Source: Chthonomonadales bacterium (GTDB taxonomy: Bacteria > Armatimonadota > Chthonomonadetes > Chthonomonadales > CAJBBX01). From it: a stretch of DNA of 64,000 nucleotides. Below, one piece after another: positions 40,625 to 49,315 of the stretch (positions are counted from its first letter, which is position 1; each line of letters starts with the position of its first letter). The notes below the pieces were generated by a model, which did not search any database, was not told the origin of the DNA, and saw only the letters and a list, made by a program, of their open reading frames with translations. Made by a program: the position numbers and the translations under genes. Where the stretch lies: the NCBI GenBank assembly GCA_049967475.1, contig JBMFSQ010000005.1, positions 23,172-87,171 of the forward strand, given 5' to 3'.

Positions 40625-41044
40625 ATGCCACGCGGCTTTTGCAGACGGCACGGCCCAAACCGTGTCTGCTCGTGCGCCATGGGGAACCTATACCGCTTCG
40701 TGGAACCCGTGGTGCTCTTTCTCCTTCGCCAGCGCGGCCGATCCTATGGCTACGAGCTGGGCAAAGCCCTCCAGGAACACGCCCTCACCGACGCAGAAGT
40801 AGATCGCGCCGCCCTCTACCGCACCCTCATGACACTGGAAGAAAACGGATACGTGTCGTCTGAATGGGACACAACAGGCCCCGGTCCCGCCCGGCATCTC
40901 TATAAGATCACCCCCGCGGGAGAAGCACACCTTGAGGAGTGGCTCACCGTGCTGGAGAATATGGTGCAGAGCATGCAGCGTTTCCTTGCTCAGGCACGCG
41001 CGGTGTCCGATGCGCAGGATCGAGCGGATCTTTCACAAAAATGA
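40625..41044 (+). CDS. PadR family transcriptional regulator with Cys-rich N-terminus
   Basis: SYGYEL, LYRTLMTLEENG, GPARHLYKITPAG; CRRHGPNRVCSC. Confidence 0.9.
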   Translation: MPRGFCRRHGPNRVCSCAMGNLYRFVEPVVLFLLRQRGRSYGYELGKALQEHALTDAEVDRAALYRTLMTLEENGYVSSEWDTTGPGPARHLYKITPAGEAHLEEWLTVLENMVQSMQRFLAQARAVSDAQDRADLSQK

Positions 41045-41069
41045 CCTATCAGGAGGTTGGGAAACGTTC

Positions 41070-41729
41070 ATGGACGCTCCCGATGCCCTCACCCATGCTC
41101 CATCTACTCTCGAGTTTTGGGAAGAGCGTTACCGCAAGGATCCCAACGCATACGTATTCGGCCGAGCCCCGAGCCCTTTAGCTCAGATTACGCTCCGGTA
41201 CTGGAAGGATCTTTGCGGTGATCGTGCGGCTCGCATCCTGGATCTCGGGTGTGGTGAGGGAAGGGACGCGGTTTTTTTCGCTGCAAACGGCCACCAGGTT
41301 ACCGGCGTTGAATGTGCGCCATCCGGCGTTGAGAAGGCACGTCGCTTGGCGGCCGAGAAAGGCGTTTCGGTCGCCATTCACTGCACGGACCTACGGGAAT
41401 TCCCGCTTACGCCAAATTACGAGGTTCTATTCGCCAACAACAGCCTTTCGGCTCTCGGGCCGGAGTGCCTGGAATACATCGCGCGCCTTCAAAACGCAAC
41501 ACCCTCCGGTGGTCTCAACGTGCTTCGCGTGCATCGCCGGGAATGTTGCCCCCCGGAAGACCGCAGCCGCCTCTATTGCTTCGACAGCAACGAACTCAAG
41601 TTCGAGTACCGCCATTGGCGGCTCCTTTATTACGCTGAAGACACTCTTTGGGTGTCTCACTCAATCCTCGCAGATAGTGAGGACGGGAAATACCGGTCCT
41701 TTGCCGAGATCATCGCCCAGAAGCCGTGA
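41070..41729 (+). CDS. Class I SAM-dependent methyltransferase (TehB-like)
   Basis: FWEERY, ILDLGCGEGRDAVFFA. Confidence 0.85.
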   Translation: MDAPDALTHAPSTLEFWEERYRKDPNAYVFGRAPSPLAQITLRYWKDLCGDRAARILDLGCGEGRDAVFFAANGHQVTGVECAPSGVEKARRLAAEKGVSVAIHCTDLREFPLTPNYEVLFANNSLSALGPECLEYIARLQNATPSGGLNVLRVHRRECCPPEDRSRLYCFDSNELKFEYRHWRLLYYAEDTLWVSHSILADSEDGKYRSFAEIIAQKP

Positions 41730-41801
41730 GGCGCGGGTTCTCGGTTAGGACTTGTCGTTGCAGGTTCTTTCGGACGGTTCCAGAAGGCAAAGAAAGAAAG
41801 T

Positions 41802-42728
41802 GTGACCATGGGCCATTCAAGTGAGTTCGTCCTAAGCACCCTCGAGGCCGGCGGCATTCGGGAAGCAGCGCGGCAGACGTATCCGCTGTGGCGCCAGGGG
41901 CGCAGCTTTGAGGATTACCATTCCAGGATCGAGGAGGCCCTTCGCCGCATGGGCCCCAACATGCGATACGTGGGGCTTTTGAGCCCCACCGGCACTCTCT
42001 TGGCCAGTTGCCGGCTTCTGAAAATCGCGCTGCAATGGGATCACGCGGTGGTTCCGGCCCTCGGCATTGCTGCAGTCTTCGTCCCGCCTGAACATCGGGG
42101 CCACGGCTATGCGCACCGCCTTCTTCAAATCACTCTCCGTGAGGCAACGCGCGAAGGCATGAAGGCCGCAGTTCTTTACAGCGACATTGCTCCCGCGTTT
42201 TACAAGCGCCTCGGCTTCATCGAATACCCGGCTGTGGACTGGGAAGCGGACACTTCGGCCCTTCCCATGACGGATCCCTACGAGGTGCGACCTGCTCTCC
42301 CTGGCGATCTTGCACGGATGCTCGAATGGTATCACTCTGCAGCAGCCGGAATGCGCCTGCATCCTGCGCGCTCTGAAGCCCTGTGGCGGTTCTTCCGGTG
42401 GTGGCGGGGAGTGACGAACGAGGTGATCCTAGCCGATCACGGGCATGAGGTGGGATACCTTACCGTTACCACAGAATTGCGCGGAATGCGCGTCTGGGAA
42501 TGGGCAGCGCCCGAAGCTGCCCCTGAACGCCTGTGGGCAACAGCCCGGCGGATGGCCCAGTCTCTCGGTCTCTCCTATATGTCCGGATGGCTCCGCCCCG
42601 ACCGCCACGAAAAGTGGATGACCGCACATCCGCGGAGCGCCGCCATCCCTATGGTCCTCCCGCTCGATGCCGACGCAACCCTCCCGCCCCCTGAAGCCGC
42701 AGCGTTTGAGGAACTCGATCACTTCTGA
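41802..42728 (+). CDS. GNAT family N-acetyltransferase
   Basis: VFVPPEHRGHGYA, LYSDIAPAFYKRLGF. Confidence 0.85.
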   Translation: MTMGHSSEFVLSTLEAGGIREAARQTYPLWRQGRSFEDYHSRIEEALRRMGPNMRYVGLLSPTGTLLASCRLLKIALQWDHAVVPALGIAAVFVPPEHRGHGYAHRLLQITLREATREGMKAAVLYSDIAPAFYKRLGFIEYPAVDWEADTSALPMTDPYEVRPALPGDLARMLEWYHSAAAGMRLHPARSEALWRFFRWWRGVTNEVILADHGHEVGYLTVTTELRGMRVWEWAAPEAAPERLWATARRMAQSLGLSYMSGWLRPDRHEKWMTAHPRSAAIPMVLPLDADATLPPPEAAAFEELDHF

Positions 42729-42779
42729 TAGCGGGCATCGCCCCCACTAAAGGCCCACGCGGGGATACCAAATACCCGG

Positions 42780-42834
42780 TTGACGCACGACAGTCCGCGG
42801 TGATAGAGTATTACGAATTTTGATTCCGTAACAC
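42780..42834 (+). promoter_or_regulatory. Promoter plus NikR-like palindromic operator
   Basis: TTGACG-N18-TAGAGT; GTATTACG-N11-CGTAACAC (42808-42834), 7/8 inverted repeat over the -10/+1 region. Confidence 0.6.
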
Positions 42835-42880
42835 GTCTATGCCCAACATCTGCACGGTTGGGAACGGAGGTCTTTTCGTT

Positions 42881-43564
42881 ATGCGCAGGACACCCGGCTT
42901 CACCCTCATAGAACTGCTTGTTGTAATAGCCATTATCGCTATATTGGCTGCCATCCTTTTCCCTGTCTTCGCTCAGGCCCGGGAAAGCGCCCGCAAAACC
43001 CAGTGTATGTCCAACTTACGGCAAATGGGCCTTGCCATCCAGATGTATCTTCAGGATGCCGATGAGGCGCTCCCCATCGTAAAATCCATCCCGGCGGATC
43101 CAGATGGGACCAATTTGGTGAAGGTCATCGTCAATGGGGTGGTTGTTCCTCCCACCCAGGAACGGTTCGTCAGCCTCCCCAACGTGATAGATCCTTATGT
43201 GAAAAACCGGGCCATTTTCCTGTGCCCGTCTGCTGTGGCAGGGTGCCCCGGTCGCACCTTCGGGGTTCCGACACAACCCGGGAGCCGGGGCCAATGGAAG
43301 CTCAATTACTGGTGCTTCGGCTATGACTTCCCCGCGAATACGGGGTTCAGCTTCCCGCCGGGCTCTCCGCCCTATGCGGCAAACTGCATCCTGGACGGGC
43401 GCAGTTATGCAGCGATTGGTGCGCCGGCCGACCAACCTATCATCATTGACCAGCGCATCGAGCTGCCGGGCGGCCGAGCGCACTTTGCCCACCGCGGAGG
43501 CAGTCCCCACGCTTTCGCAGACGGGCACGTCAAGTGGCGCAAACGCGCGGAAGCCGATGAATAG
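42881..43564 (+). CDS. DUF1559-type prepilin N-terminal cleavage/methylation protein with H-X9-DG motif
   Basis: [41 protein letters not shown]-terminal [24 protein letters not shown]. Confidence 0.92.
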   Translation: MRRTPGFTLIELLVVIAIIAILAAILFPVFAQARESARKTQCMSNLRQMGLAIQMYLQDADEALPIVKSIPADPDGTNLVKVIVNGVVVPPTQERFVSLPNVIDPYVKNRAIFLCPSAVAGCPGRTFGVPTQPGSRGQWKLNYWCFGYDFPANTGFSFPPGSPPYAANCILDGRSYAAIGAPADQPIIIDQRIELPGGRAHFAHRGGSPHAFADGHVKWRKRAEADE

Positions 43565-43585
43565 GCTACCGGAGAGGAAAGGCTC

Positions 43586-44044
43586 ATGAACTCAGAGATG
43601 GATTGGGATTCCGTTCGCCGCCTTCACGGACATTTGGGGCCATGGCTTGCCTTGGGCATTCGCATCGGCCAAGCCGGGATGCAGATACTCAACGCACGCC
43701 CGCACTTCGGCATCCGGATCAACGTCCGCTGCCCGCTGGCTCCGCCGCCCTCATGCATGTTGGACGGGCTCCAATGGAGCACCGGCGCCACCTATGGCAA
43801 GCAGAACCTTACGGCGGAGCCGGGTGAACCCATCCTAGTACGGATGCAAAACACGGACACCGGTGCGGCATTAGCAGCAACCTTGGCGGATGGCCTGCCC
43901 GGCACGATCAGCCGATGGCTGGACGAATTGGGCGACGAAGGAGCCACCTTCCAACTTTGGGAAACGCCGGATAGCGAACTCTTCCACATCACAAACGAGG
44001 CGGCTTCCGCTCAGCCCAACAATGCGATGCAGGGAACGCCATGA
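43586..44044 (+). CDS. FmdE family metal-binding protein
   Basis: LHGHLGP, SCMLDGLQWSTGATYGKQNL. Confidence 0.85.
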   Translation: MNSEMDWDSVRRLHGHLGPWLALGIRIGQAGMQILNARPHFGIRINVRCPLAPPPSCMLDGLQWSTGATYGKQNLTAEPGEPILVRMQNTDTGAALAATLADGLPGTISRWLDELGDEGATFQLWETPDSELFHITNEAASAQPNNAMQGTP

Positions 44045-44577
44045 CGCGCCACACCATTGAGCTGCGAAGCGTCCGGCAGACTGCCGCAGCCGCGCTTCTT
44101 TGTGCCTGCGGTGTCGTGGTACCGATGATTTTCCACGCCGTGGGGCTGGGACGTGTCTTTCTGCCCATGCATTTGCCCGTCTTGATTGCGGGCTTGATCC
44201 TCGCCCCGCGCGAAGCTGTAGCCGTTGGGTTGATTACTCCCTGGGCGTCTGCCTTCCTTACCGGCATGCCGCCCTTCCCTACCGCGAGTGCCATGAGCCT
44301 GGAACTCGCGGTGCTGGCCGGGTCGGCGTCGCTTCTAGTGGCCATTGGGATGTCTCCATGGACGGCAACCATTGTGGCCATTGCCCTGCGCGCCGGCGTC
44401 ACCTGGCTGATCACTTCGGTGCTCGCAGAGTGGCTGGGACTACCGCCCCGCAGTTCAGGGTGGGCTGCCGTTGCGGCGGGTACCCCCGGCATAGTCCTTC
44501 AGGTCCTCTTCGCACCTGCGGCGGCGGCGATCATCGGGCGAAGGTTTTCAAACCCAGGCATATCCCCGCCAGGTTAG
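44041..44577 (+). CDS. ECF transporter S (substrate-specific) component
   Basis: About 6 TMs, FH....G..FLPMHLPV, P..S...TGMPP. Confidence 0.82.
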   Translation: MTRHTIELRSVRQTAAAALLCACGVVVPMIFHAVGLGRVFLPMHLPVLIAGLILAPREAVAVGLITPWASAFLTGMPPFPTASAMSLELAVLAGSASLLVAIGMSPWTATIVAIALRAGVTWLITSVLAEWLGLPPRSSGWAAVAAGTPGIVLQVLFAPAAAAIIGRRFSNPGISPPG

Positions 44578-44592
44578 GGCCGGCATTCCTTC

Positions 44593-45291
44593 ATGACCTC
44601 CGCGACAATCCATACCACGCAAAGCTGGCTCTACCGCCTCGACGGGCGCATCAAACTCTTGGGGTTGCTCGGCACCCTCTGCCTTGTGTCCTCAGCCCCG
44701 CCAGACCGCATCTGGGCATTGCCGGCACAGGCAACCCTCCTAGGGGGTCTGATGGCTTCGGCCCGCCTTCCGACCCGTTCACTTCTTCGCCTCCTGCCTG
44801 CCTCGGCTGCATTCGGCGCCGCCGCAGCGCTTGGATGGATCCTCGGGGCTCCAGCGCTTCCTGCTGCATCTGCCGCCGGACGCATCGTGCTCTCCATCTT
44901 TGCGTTCGCCGCTTTCACCCTCACCACACCCTTCCCACAGATTGCGACTGCCCTACGATGGATGCGGATGCCCGCTTACCTCATTACCATCCTGTGGCTC
45001 GCAGAACGGTATGTGCACCTCCTCGAGGAGGAAGCAATGCGGATGTTGAGAGCATCCGCCGCCCGGGCTGCGCGTCCCTTCCGATGGCGGGCGCCGCGCG
45101 TGTATACCCAGATGTCATTGGTCCTAGTGGAGCGTGCCCTGAACCGCAGCGAGAAGGTGGCCCTTGCATTGGTGTCACGAGGCTTCTCCGGGGAATTCCC
45201 TGGGCCGCCGCTTAGGCCGATCCAAGCGCGCCAATTGGCTGGAGTGGCTGTGTGGCTCATTGTCTTTGCTTTAGTTACCTGGAAATGCTGA
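44593..45291 (+). CDS. ECF transporter T component (CbiQ family)
   Basis: LDGRIKL, ALRWMRMP, ERYVHLL, ASAAR, LVSRGF. Confidence 0.88.
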   Translation: MTSATIHTTQSWLYRLDGRIKLLGLLGTLCLVSSAPPDRIWALPAQATLLGGLMASARLPTRSLLRLLPASAAFGAAAALGWILGAPALPAASAAGRIVLSIFAFAAFTLTTPFPQIATALRWMRMPAYLITILWLAERYVHLLEEEAMRMLRASAARAARPFRWRAPRVYTQMSLVLVERALNRSEKVALALVSRGFSGEFPGPPLRPIQARQLAGVAVWLIVFALVTWKC

Positions 45292-45294
45292 CCC

Positions 45295-45996
45295 GTGTAC
45301 GCCATTGAAGTCGAAAACCTTGCATATCGCTATCCGGAGGGACAAACGGCTATTGAGGAGGTAACCTTCCGCGTGTCTGAGGGCGAACGCGTGGCATTGG
45401 CAGGCGCCAACGGCGCTGGAAAGTCCACGTTGATCTGGTGCCTGGGTGGTCTCGTGGAACCCTGCACCGGGCAAATCCGCATTTTGGGGGAACCTCTAAC
45501 CCATCAATCTCAGGCCCTCGCGCGTAGATACGTCGGCATCCTGTTTCAGGATCCCGACGATCAGCTCTTCATGCCCACGGTAGTGGAAGACGTGTCCTTT
45601 GGCCTCTGGAACCGAGGTGTTCCCTGGCACGCGGCCATCGCGCAGGCGGAAAAGTGGCTCCGCAAGGTGGGGATGAGTGATGCTGCCCATCGGCACCCTC
45701 ACCATCTGAGCATCGGTGAACGCAAGCGCGTGGCCATAGCCGGCGTCCTGGCAGTAGAACCCAAGATCCTTGCCCTCGACGAGCCAACCTCCGGCTTGGA
45801 CCCGCGGGCCCGACGTGGATTAATCCGTCTTCTTGCACCCCTCCCTTGTACTCTCATCCTCGCCACTCACGATTTGGATCTCGCCCGCTCGCTCTGCCCA
45901 CGCACTCTGCTTCTCCATCAGGGCCGATTGGTTGCCGATGGCCCCACGGCGGATCTCCTGGGGGACGAAGCGCTTCTCGAAGCAAACGGGCTGTGA
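45295..45996 (+). CDS. ECF transporter ATPase (CbiO/NikO family)
   Basis: GANGAGKST, FQDPDDQLF, HHLSIGERKR, LDEPTSGLD. Confidence 0.92.
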   Translation: MYAIEVENLAYRYPEGQTAIEEVTFRVSEGERVALAGANGAGKSTLIWCLGGLVEPCTGQIRILGEPLTHQSQALARRYVGILFQDPDDQLFMPTVVEDVSFGLWNRGVPWHAAIAQAEKWLRKVGMSDAAHRHPHHLSIGERKRVAIAGVLAVEPKILALDEPTSGLDPRARRGLIRLLAPLPCTLILATHDLDLARSLCPRTLLLHQGRLVADGPTADLLGDEALLEANGL

Positions 45997-46073
45997 TGTG
46001 CGGAAGCCTGGGCATGTTTCGCCTTGCTATCGGCGTATAACGTAAGCGGATACCTTCACAAGGAGGGCTGCGC

Positions 46074-47210
46074 ATGGCATACCGATCCCCTGTTGCCGCA
46101 GTCTGCGCCCAGGGAGCCCGGGTGTGGAGCCTTTTGGCCGCATCCGTCTTTGCCGCTCGGCTTTCTGCCCAGGTGGGCCCTGCCCCACGCACAACAGTCC
46201 CGGCGCGATTGGCGCCTCAGCTCATCGGAGGTCCTCAGGATTGGCTCAACACAGGCGGCAAGGTTCTGCAGATCCGGCGCGGGGCAGTGTATCTCGTTGA
46301 CTTCTGGGAGTACACCTGCGTGAACTGCATCCGCACGCTGCCCTATCTCAAGGCGTGGCACCAGAGATACGCGCGGTACGGTTTGGTGATCGTCGGCATC
46401 CATACCCCAGAGTTCGCCTTCGCTTCCGACCGCGCCAACGTGGCCAGAGCCGTGAAGCGCCTGGGCATTACCTACCCTGTCCTCATAGACAGCGCCTACC
46501 GAAACTGGCAGGCATGGCAGGGGGACCAAGGGTTCTGGCCGCGCAAGTTTCTGGTGAACGAGGACGGGGTCATCGTTTACGATCACGCCGGTGAAGGCGG
46601 CTATGGTGCTACGGAGGTGGAGATCCAGAAGCTGCTCCACCGGCTTCATCCCGACATTACGTTCCCGCCACCCGTGGCGCCGGTGCGGCCCGAGGATCGC
46701 CCCGGCGCGGTATGCTACCCGACCACCCCGGAAATCTACGCGGGATATCGGGGACACATGCAGGAGCAGCTTGGCAATGTGCCGCACTGGGCGGATGGAG
46801 AAATTGCGTTTTACCCGCGGGAGGCGCCTGTGGAAGATGGCCGCATCTACCTCGCGGGCACGTGGCAGACACTCCGCGAGTGCCTCCGCCATCCCCGTAC
46901 CACCCGTAATCTGGAGGACCGCGTGCTGCTTCGGTATCACGCTCTGGAATGCAATGCGGTACTCAAGACCGGCACAGGAATGCCCTTCCGCCTCTACATC
47001 TGGCAGGACAGGCGGCCGGTTCCGGCCGAAGACGCAGGCGCAGACGTTCGCAGGGATGCCGCCGGCAACACCTACATTTGGGTAGACAGCCCGCGCATGT
47101 ACCGCCTCATCCGCAATCACGCCTTCGGCCGCCACGTGTTGGAACTGGCGACAAACGCCGCGGGCTTTGAACTCTACTCCTTCACATTCAGCTCGTGCGT
47201 CGTCCGCTGA
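46074..47210 (+). CDS. DipZ C-terminal-like thioredoxin protein (exported)
   Basis: [29 protein letters not shown]-terminal beta domain ending YSFTF. Confidence 0.85.
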   Translation: MAYRSPVAAVCAQGARVWSLLAASVFAARLSAQVGPAPRTTVPARLAPQLIGGPQDWLNTGGKVLQIRRGAVYLVDFWEYTCVNCIRTLPYLKAWHQRYARYGLVIVGIHTPEFAFASDRANVARAVKRLGITYPVLIDSAYRNWQAWQGDQGFWPRKFLVNEDGVIVYDHAGEGGYGATEVEIQKLLHRLHPDITFPPPVAPVRPEDRPGAVCYPTTPEIYAGYRGHMQEQLGNVPHWADGEIAFYPREAPVEDGRIYLAGTWQTLRECLRHPRTTRNLEDRVLLRYHALECNAVLKTGTGMPFRLYIWQDRRPVPAEDAGADVRRDAAGNTYIWVDSPRMYRLIRNHAFGRHVLELATNAAGFELYSFTFSSCVVR

Positions 47211-48094
47211 AGCCTCCCCAGCAGCGGGTATCCTGCCTCCTCGCGCTGCTTGAGATACCGGAGGCAGCATCGGCGTGAAAGCGTCCGCACGCGGTTGATG
47301 AAACTTGCCCGCTCCGTCACCGAGATGGCCCCGCGGGCATCCAGCAGGTTGAACACGTGGGAGCATTTCAGCGCGTAGTCGAAAGCAGGGTACACGAGAT
47401 CCTTCTCAATGATGCGGGCGCATTCCCGTTCAAACTGCTCGAAGAGGGCGAAAAGCATGGAGACATCCGCCTCATCAAAGTTGTAGATGCAATGCTGCCG
47501 CTCTGAAGCCCGCTCGATCTCCCCATACGTGATGCCGTGAGCCCATTCCATGTCCCACACGTTATCCACCCGCTGCAGGCAGGTGGCGAGGCGCTCCGTG
47601 CCGTAGGTGATCTCAGCCGAGATGGTTTTGAGCTCGATCCCGCCCATCTGCTGGAAGTATGTGAACTGGGTAATTTCGGCGCCGTCCAGCCAGACCTCCC
47701 ATCCTACGCCCGAGGCGCCGAGCGTGGGAGCCTCCCAATCATCCTCTACAAATCGGATGTCATGGTCTTCGGGCTCGATGCCGATTGCCCGAAGGCTCTC
47801 CAAGTAAAGGTCCACGATATCCTCCGGCGAGGGCTTCATGATGACCTGATACTGGTAGTAATGTTGCATCCTCATGGGATTGAGGGCGTAACGACCATCG
47901 GCGGGTCTGCGGGAAGGCTGAGCGTAGGCTACATTCCAGGGCTCAGGTCCTAGGGCACGCAGGGTTGTAGCGGGTGCATTGGTACCAGCGCCAACCTCGA
48001 GGTCATAGGGCTGAAGGATCAGGCAGCCGTGACGGGCCCAAAACTGCTCCAACGTCATCATCAAATCCTGAAACGTCATATCTTTGCTCTCCAT
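47174..48094 (-). CDS. glyQ: Glycine--tRNA ligase alpha subunit
   Basis: [37 protein letters not shown]. Confidence 0.97.
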   Translation of the reverse strand: MESKDMTFQDLMMTLEQFWARHGCLILQPYDLEVGAGTNAPATTLRALGPEPWNVAYAQPSRRPADGRYALNPMRMQHYYQYQVIMKPSPEDIVDLYLESLRAIGIEPEDHDIRFVEDDWEAPTLGASGVGWEVWLDGAEITQFTYFQQMGGIELKTISAEITYGTERLATCLQRVDNVWDMEWAHGITYGEIERASERQHCIYNFDEADVSMLFALFEQFERECARIIEKDLVYPAFDYALKCSHVFNLLDARGAISVTERASFINRVRTLSRRCCLRYLKQREEAGYPLLGRLQRTTHELNVKE

Positions 48095-48142
48095 GAACGG
48101 CACAATGGCCGTGCTGTTGCTTGTTCGGCGGCTGCGCTGGGG

Positions 48143-49258
48143 CTACCGTTCTTCGAGCTTCCGCTGCCTCAAGGCGTCAATCGGGCGCAATTCCTGGGTA
48201 GCGTCATCGAAATAGTACCAGGCGGTCCATCCGTTGCAGCCTGCAAGGCCCAAGCACTGGGCACCCACTTTGTGGATGGATCCCCTTAAAGACCCACACA
48301 CCACGGAACCGTCTTCCAGCACGGTGGCTGTAACGGTCGGCCGATCCTTCAGCCAGAGGCGTGTTCCGGGGGGAAGAAGGCCACTCTCCACCAGGGTAAG
48401 GAAGGGGATGCGCCTCCTGGGTTGATCCACGGGAAGGGTGCTTTGTTCCACGATGCCGGGCAGCACCTGCATCAGCCTGTTCCGGGCCAACTCCACGTAC
48501 TGCTCATCACGATCCACAGTGATGAAGTGGCGTCCTAATCGCTTCGCCACAACGGCCGTAGTGCCCGTACCGCAAAAGGGATCCAAAACGACGTCGCCCT
48601 GCCGCGTGGAAGCGGCCAAGATGCGGTGGAGGAGGGCTTCGGGCTTTTGAGTGGGATGGGCTTTGCGTCCGGCCAGCCTTACGCGCTCACTGCCGCTGCA
48701 GAGGGGCAGAACCCAATCGGAGCGCATTTGTACGTCCTCGTTGCCGGCTTTGAGGCCCTTGTAGTTGAAAGTATACCGCTTTTGCTGCCGGCTCTTCTTG
48801 GCCCAAAGGAGTGTCTCGTGGGCATTGCAGAACCGGACCCCCCGCATCTGCGGCAGGGGGTTGCTCTTAATCCAAACGATGTCGTTGAGCAGCCAGAAGC
48901 CCAGATCCATCATAATGCGGCCGATGCGGTAGATGTTGTGGTAGGTTCCAATGACCCAGATCGTGGCCGTGTCCTTCATCACTCGGCGCGCAGCCGTAAG
49001 CCAGTCCAAAGTGAAGGCGTCGTAGTAAGCAAAGGACACGTGAGGATCATCCCCGCGGCCGAACCGGTCCCACTCCTCGAGCGTCGTGTCCACCTTGCTC
49101 TGATCCGGACGGTAGAGGTCGTCCTCGAGCTGCAGATTGTACGGAGGATCGGCGAAAACCAAATCCACGCAGCGGGCCGGCAATTGGTTCATCGTCTGAA
49201 CCGCATCTCCCACCAACACCTGATCCAGAGGGATATCGTACGCCTTTCGGTCAGCCAT
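48143..49258 (-). CDS. Orphan beta-class N6-adenine DNA methyltransferase, CcrM/M.HinfI-like
   Basis: FADPPYNLQL, NAHETLLWA, QMRSDW, HPTQKPEALL, DPFCGTGTT, C-terminal GSIHKVGA...CNGWTAWY domain. Confidence 0.9.
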   Translation of the reverse strand: MADRKAYDIPLDQVLVGDAVQTMNQLPARCVDLVFADPPYNLQLEDDLYRPDQSKVDTTLEEWDRFGRGDDPHVSFAYYDAFTLDWLTAARRVMKDTATIWVIGTYHNIYRIGRIMMDLGFWLLNDIVWIKSNPLPQMRGVRFCNAHETLLWAKKSRQQKRYTFNYKGLKAGNEDVQMRSDWVLPLCSGSERVRLAGRKAHPTQKPEALLHRILAASTRQGDVVLDPFCGTGTTAVVAKRLGRHFITVDRDEQYVELARNRLMQVLPGIVEQSTLPVDQPRRRIPFLTLVESGLLPPGTRLWLKDRPTVTATVLEDGSVVCGSLRGSIHKVGAQCLGLAGCNGWTAWYYFDDATQELRPIDALRQRKLEER

Positions 49259-49315
49259 TCAAACCCTCCACCCGCCGCAGCACCGGCCTCGAGGCCGCCT
49301 CGGCATTCCCACGAT

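Noticed and set aside
42729..42880. Cobalamin or NiCo riboswitch upstream of the ECF operon
   Set aside because: The leader after the predicted promoter is only about 65 nt and I could not find B12-box motifs; a protein operator fits better.
43586..44044. FmdE as formylmethanofuran dehydrogenase / methanogenesis
   Set aside because: No other fmd/fwd subunits; stand-alone FmdE domains are common next to metal transporters.
48143..49258. Type II restriction-modification system
   Set aside because: The flanking genes are murF and glyQ, leaving no space for an endonuclease.
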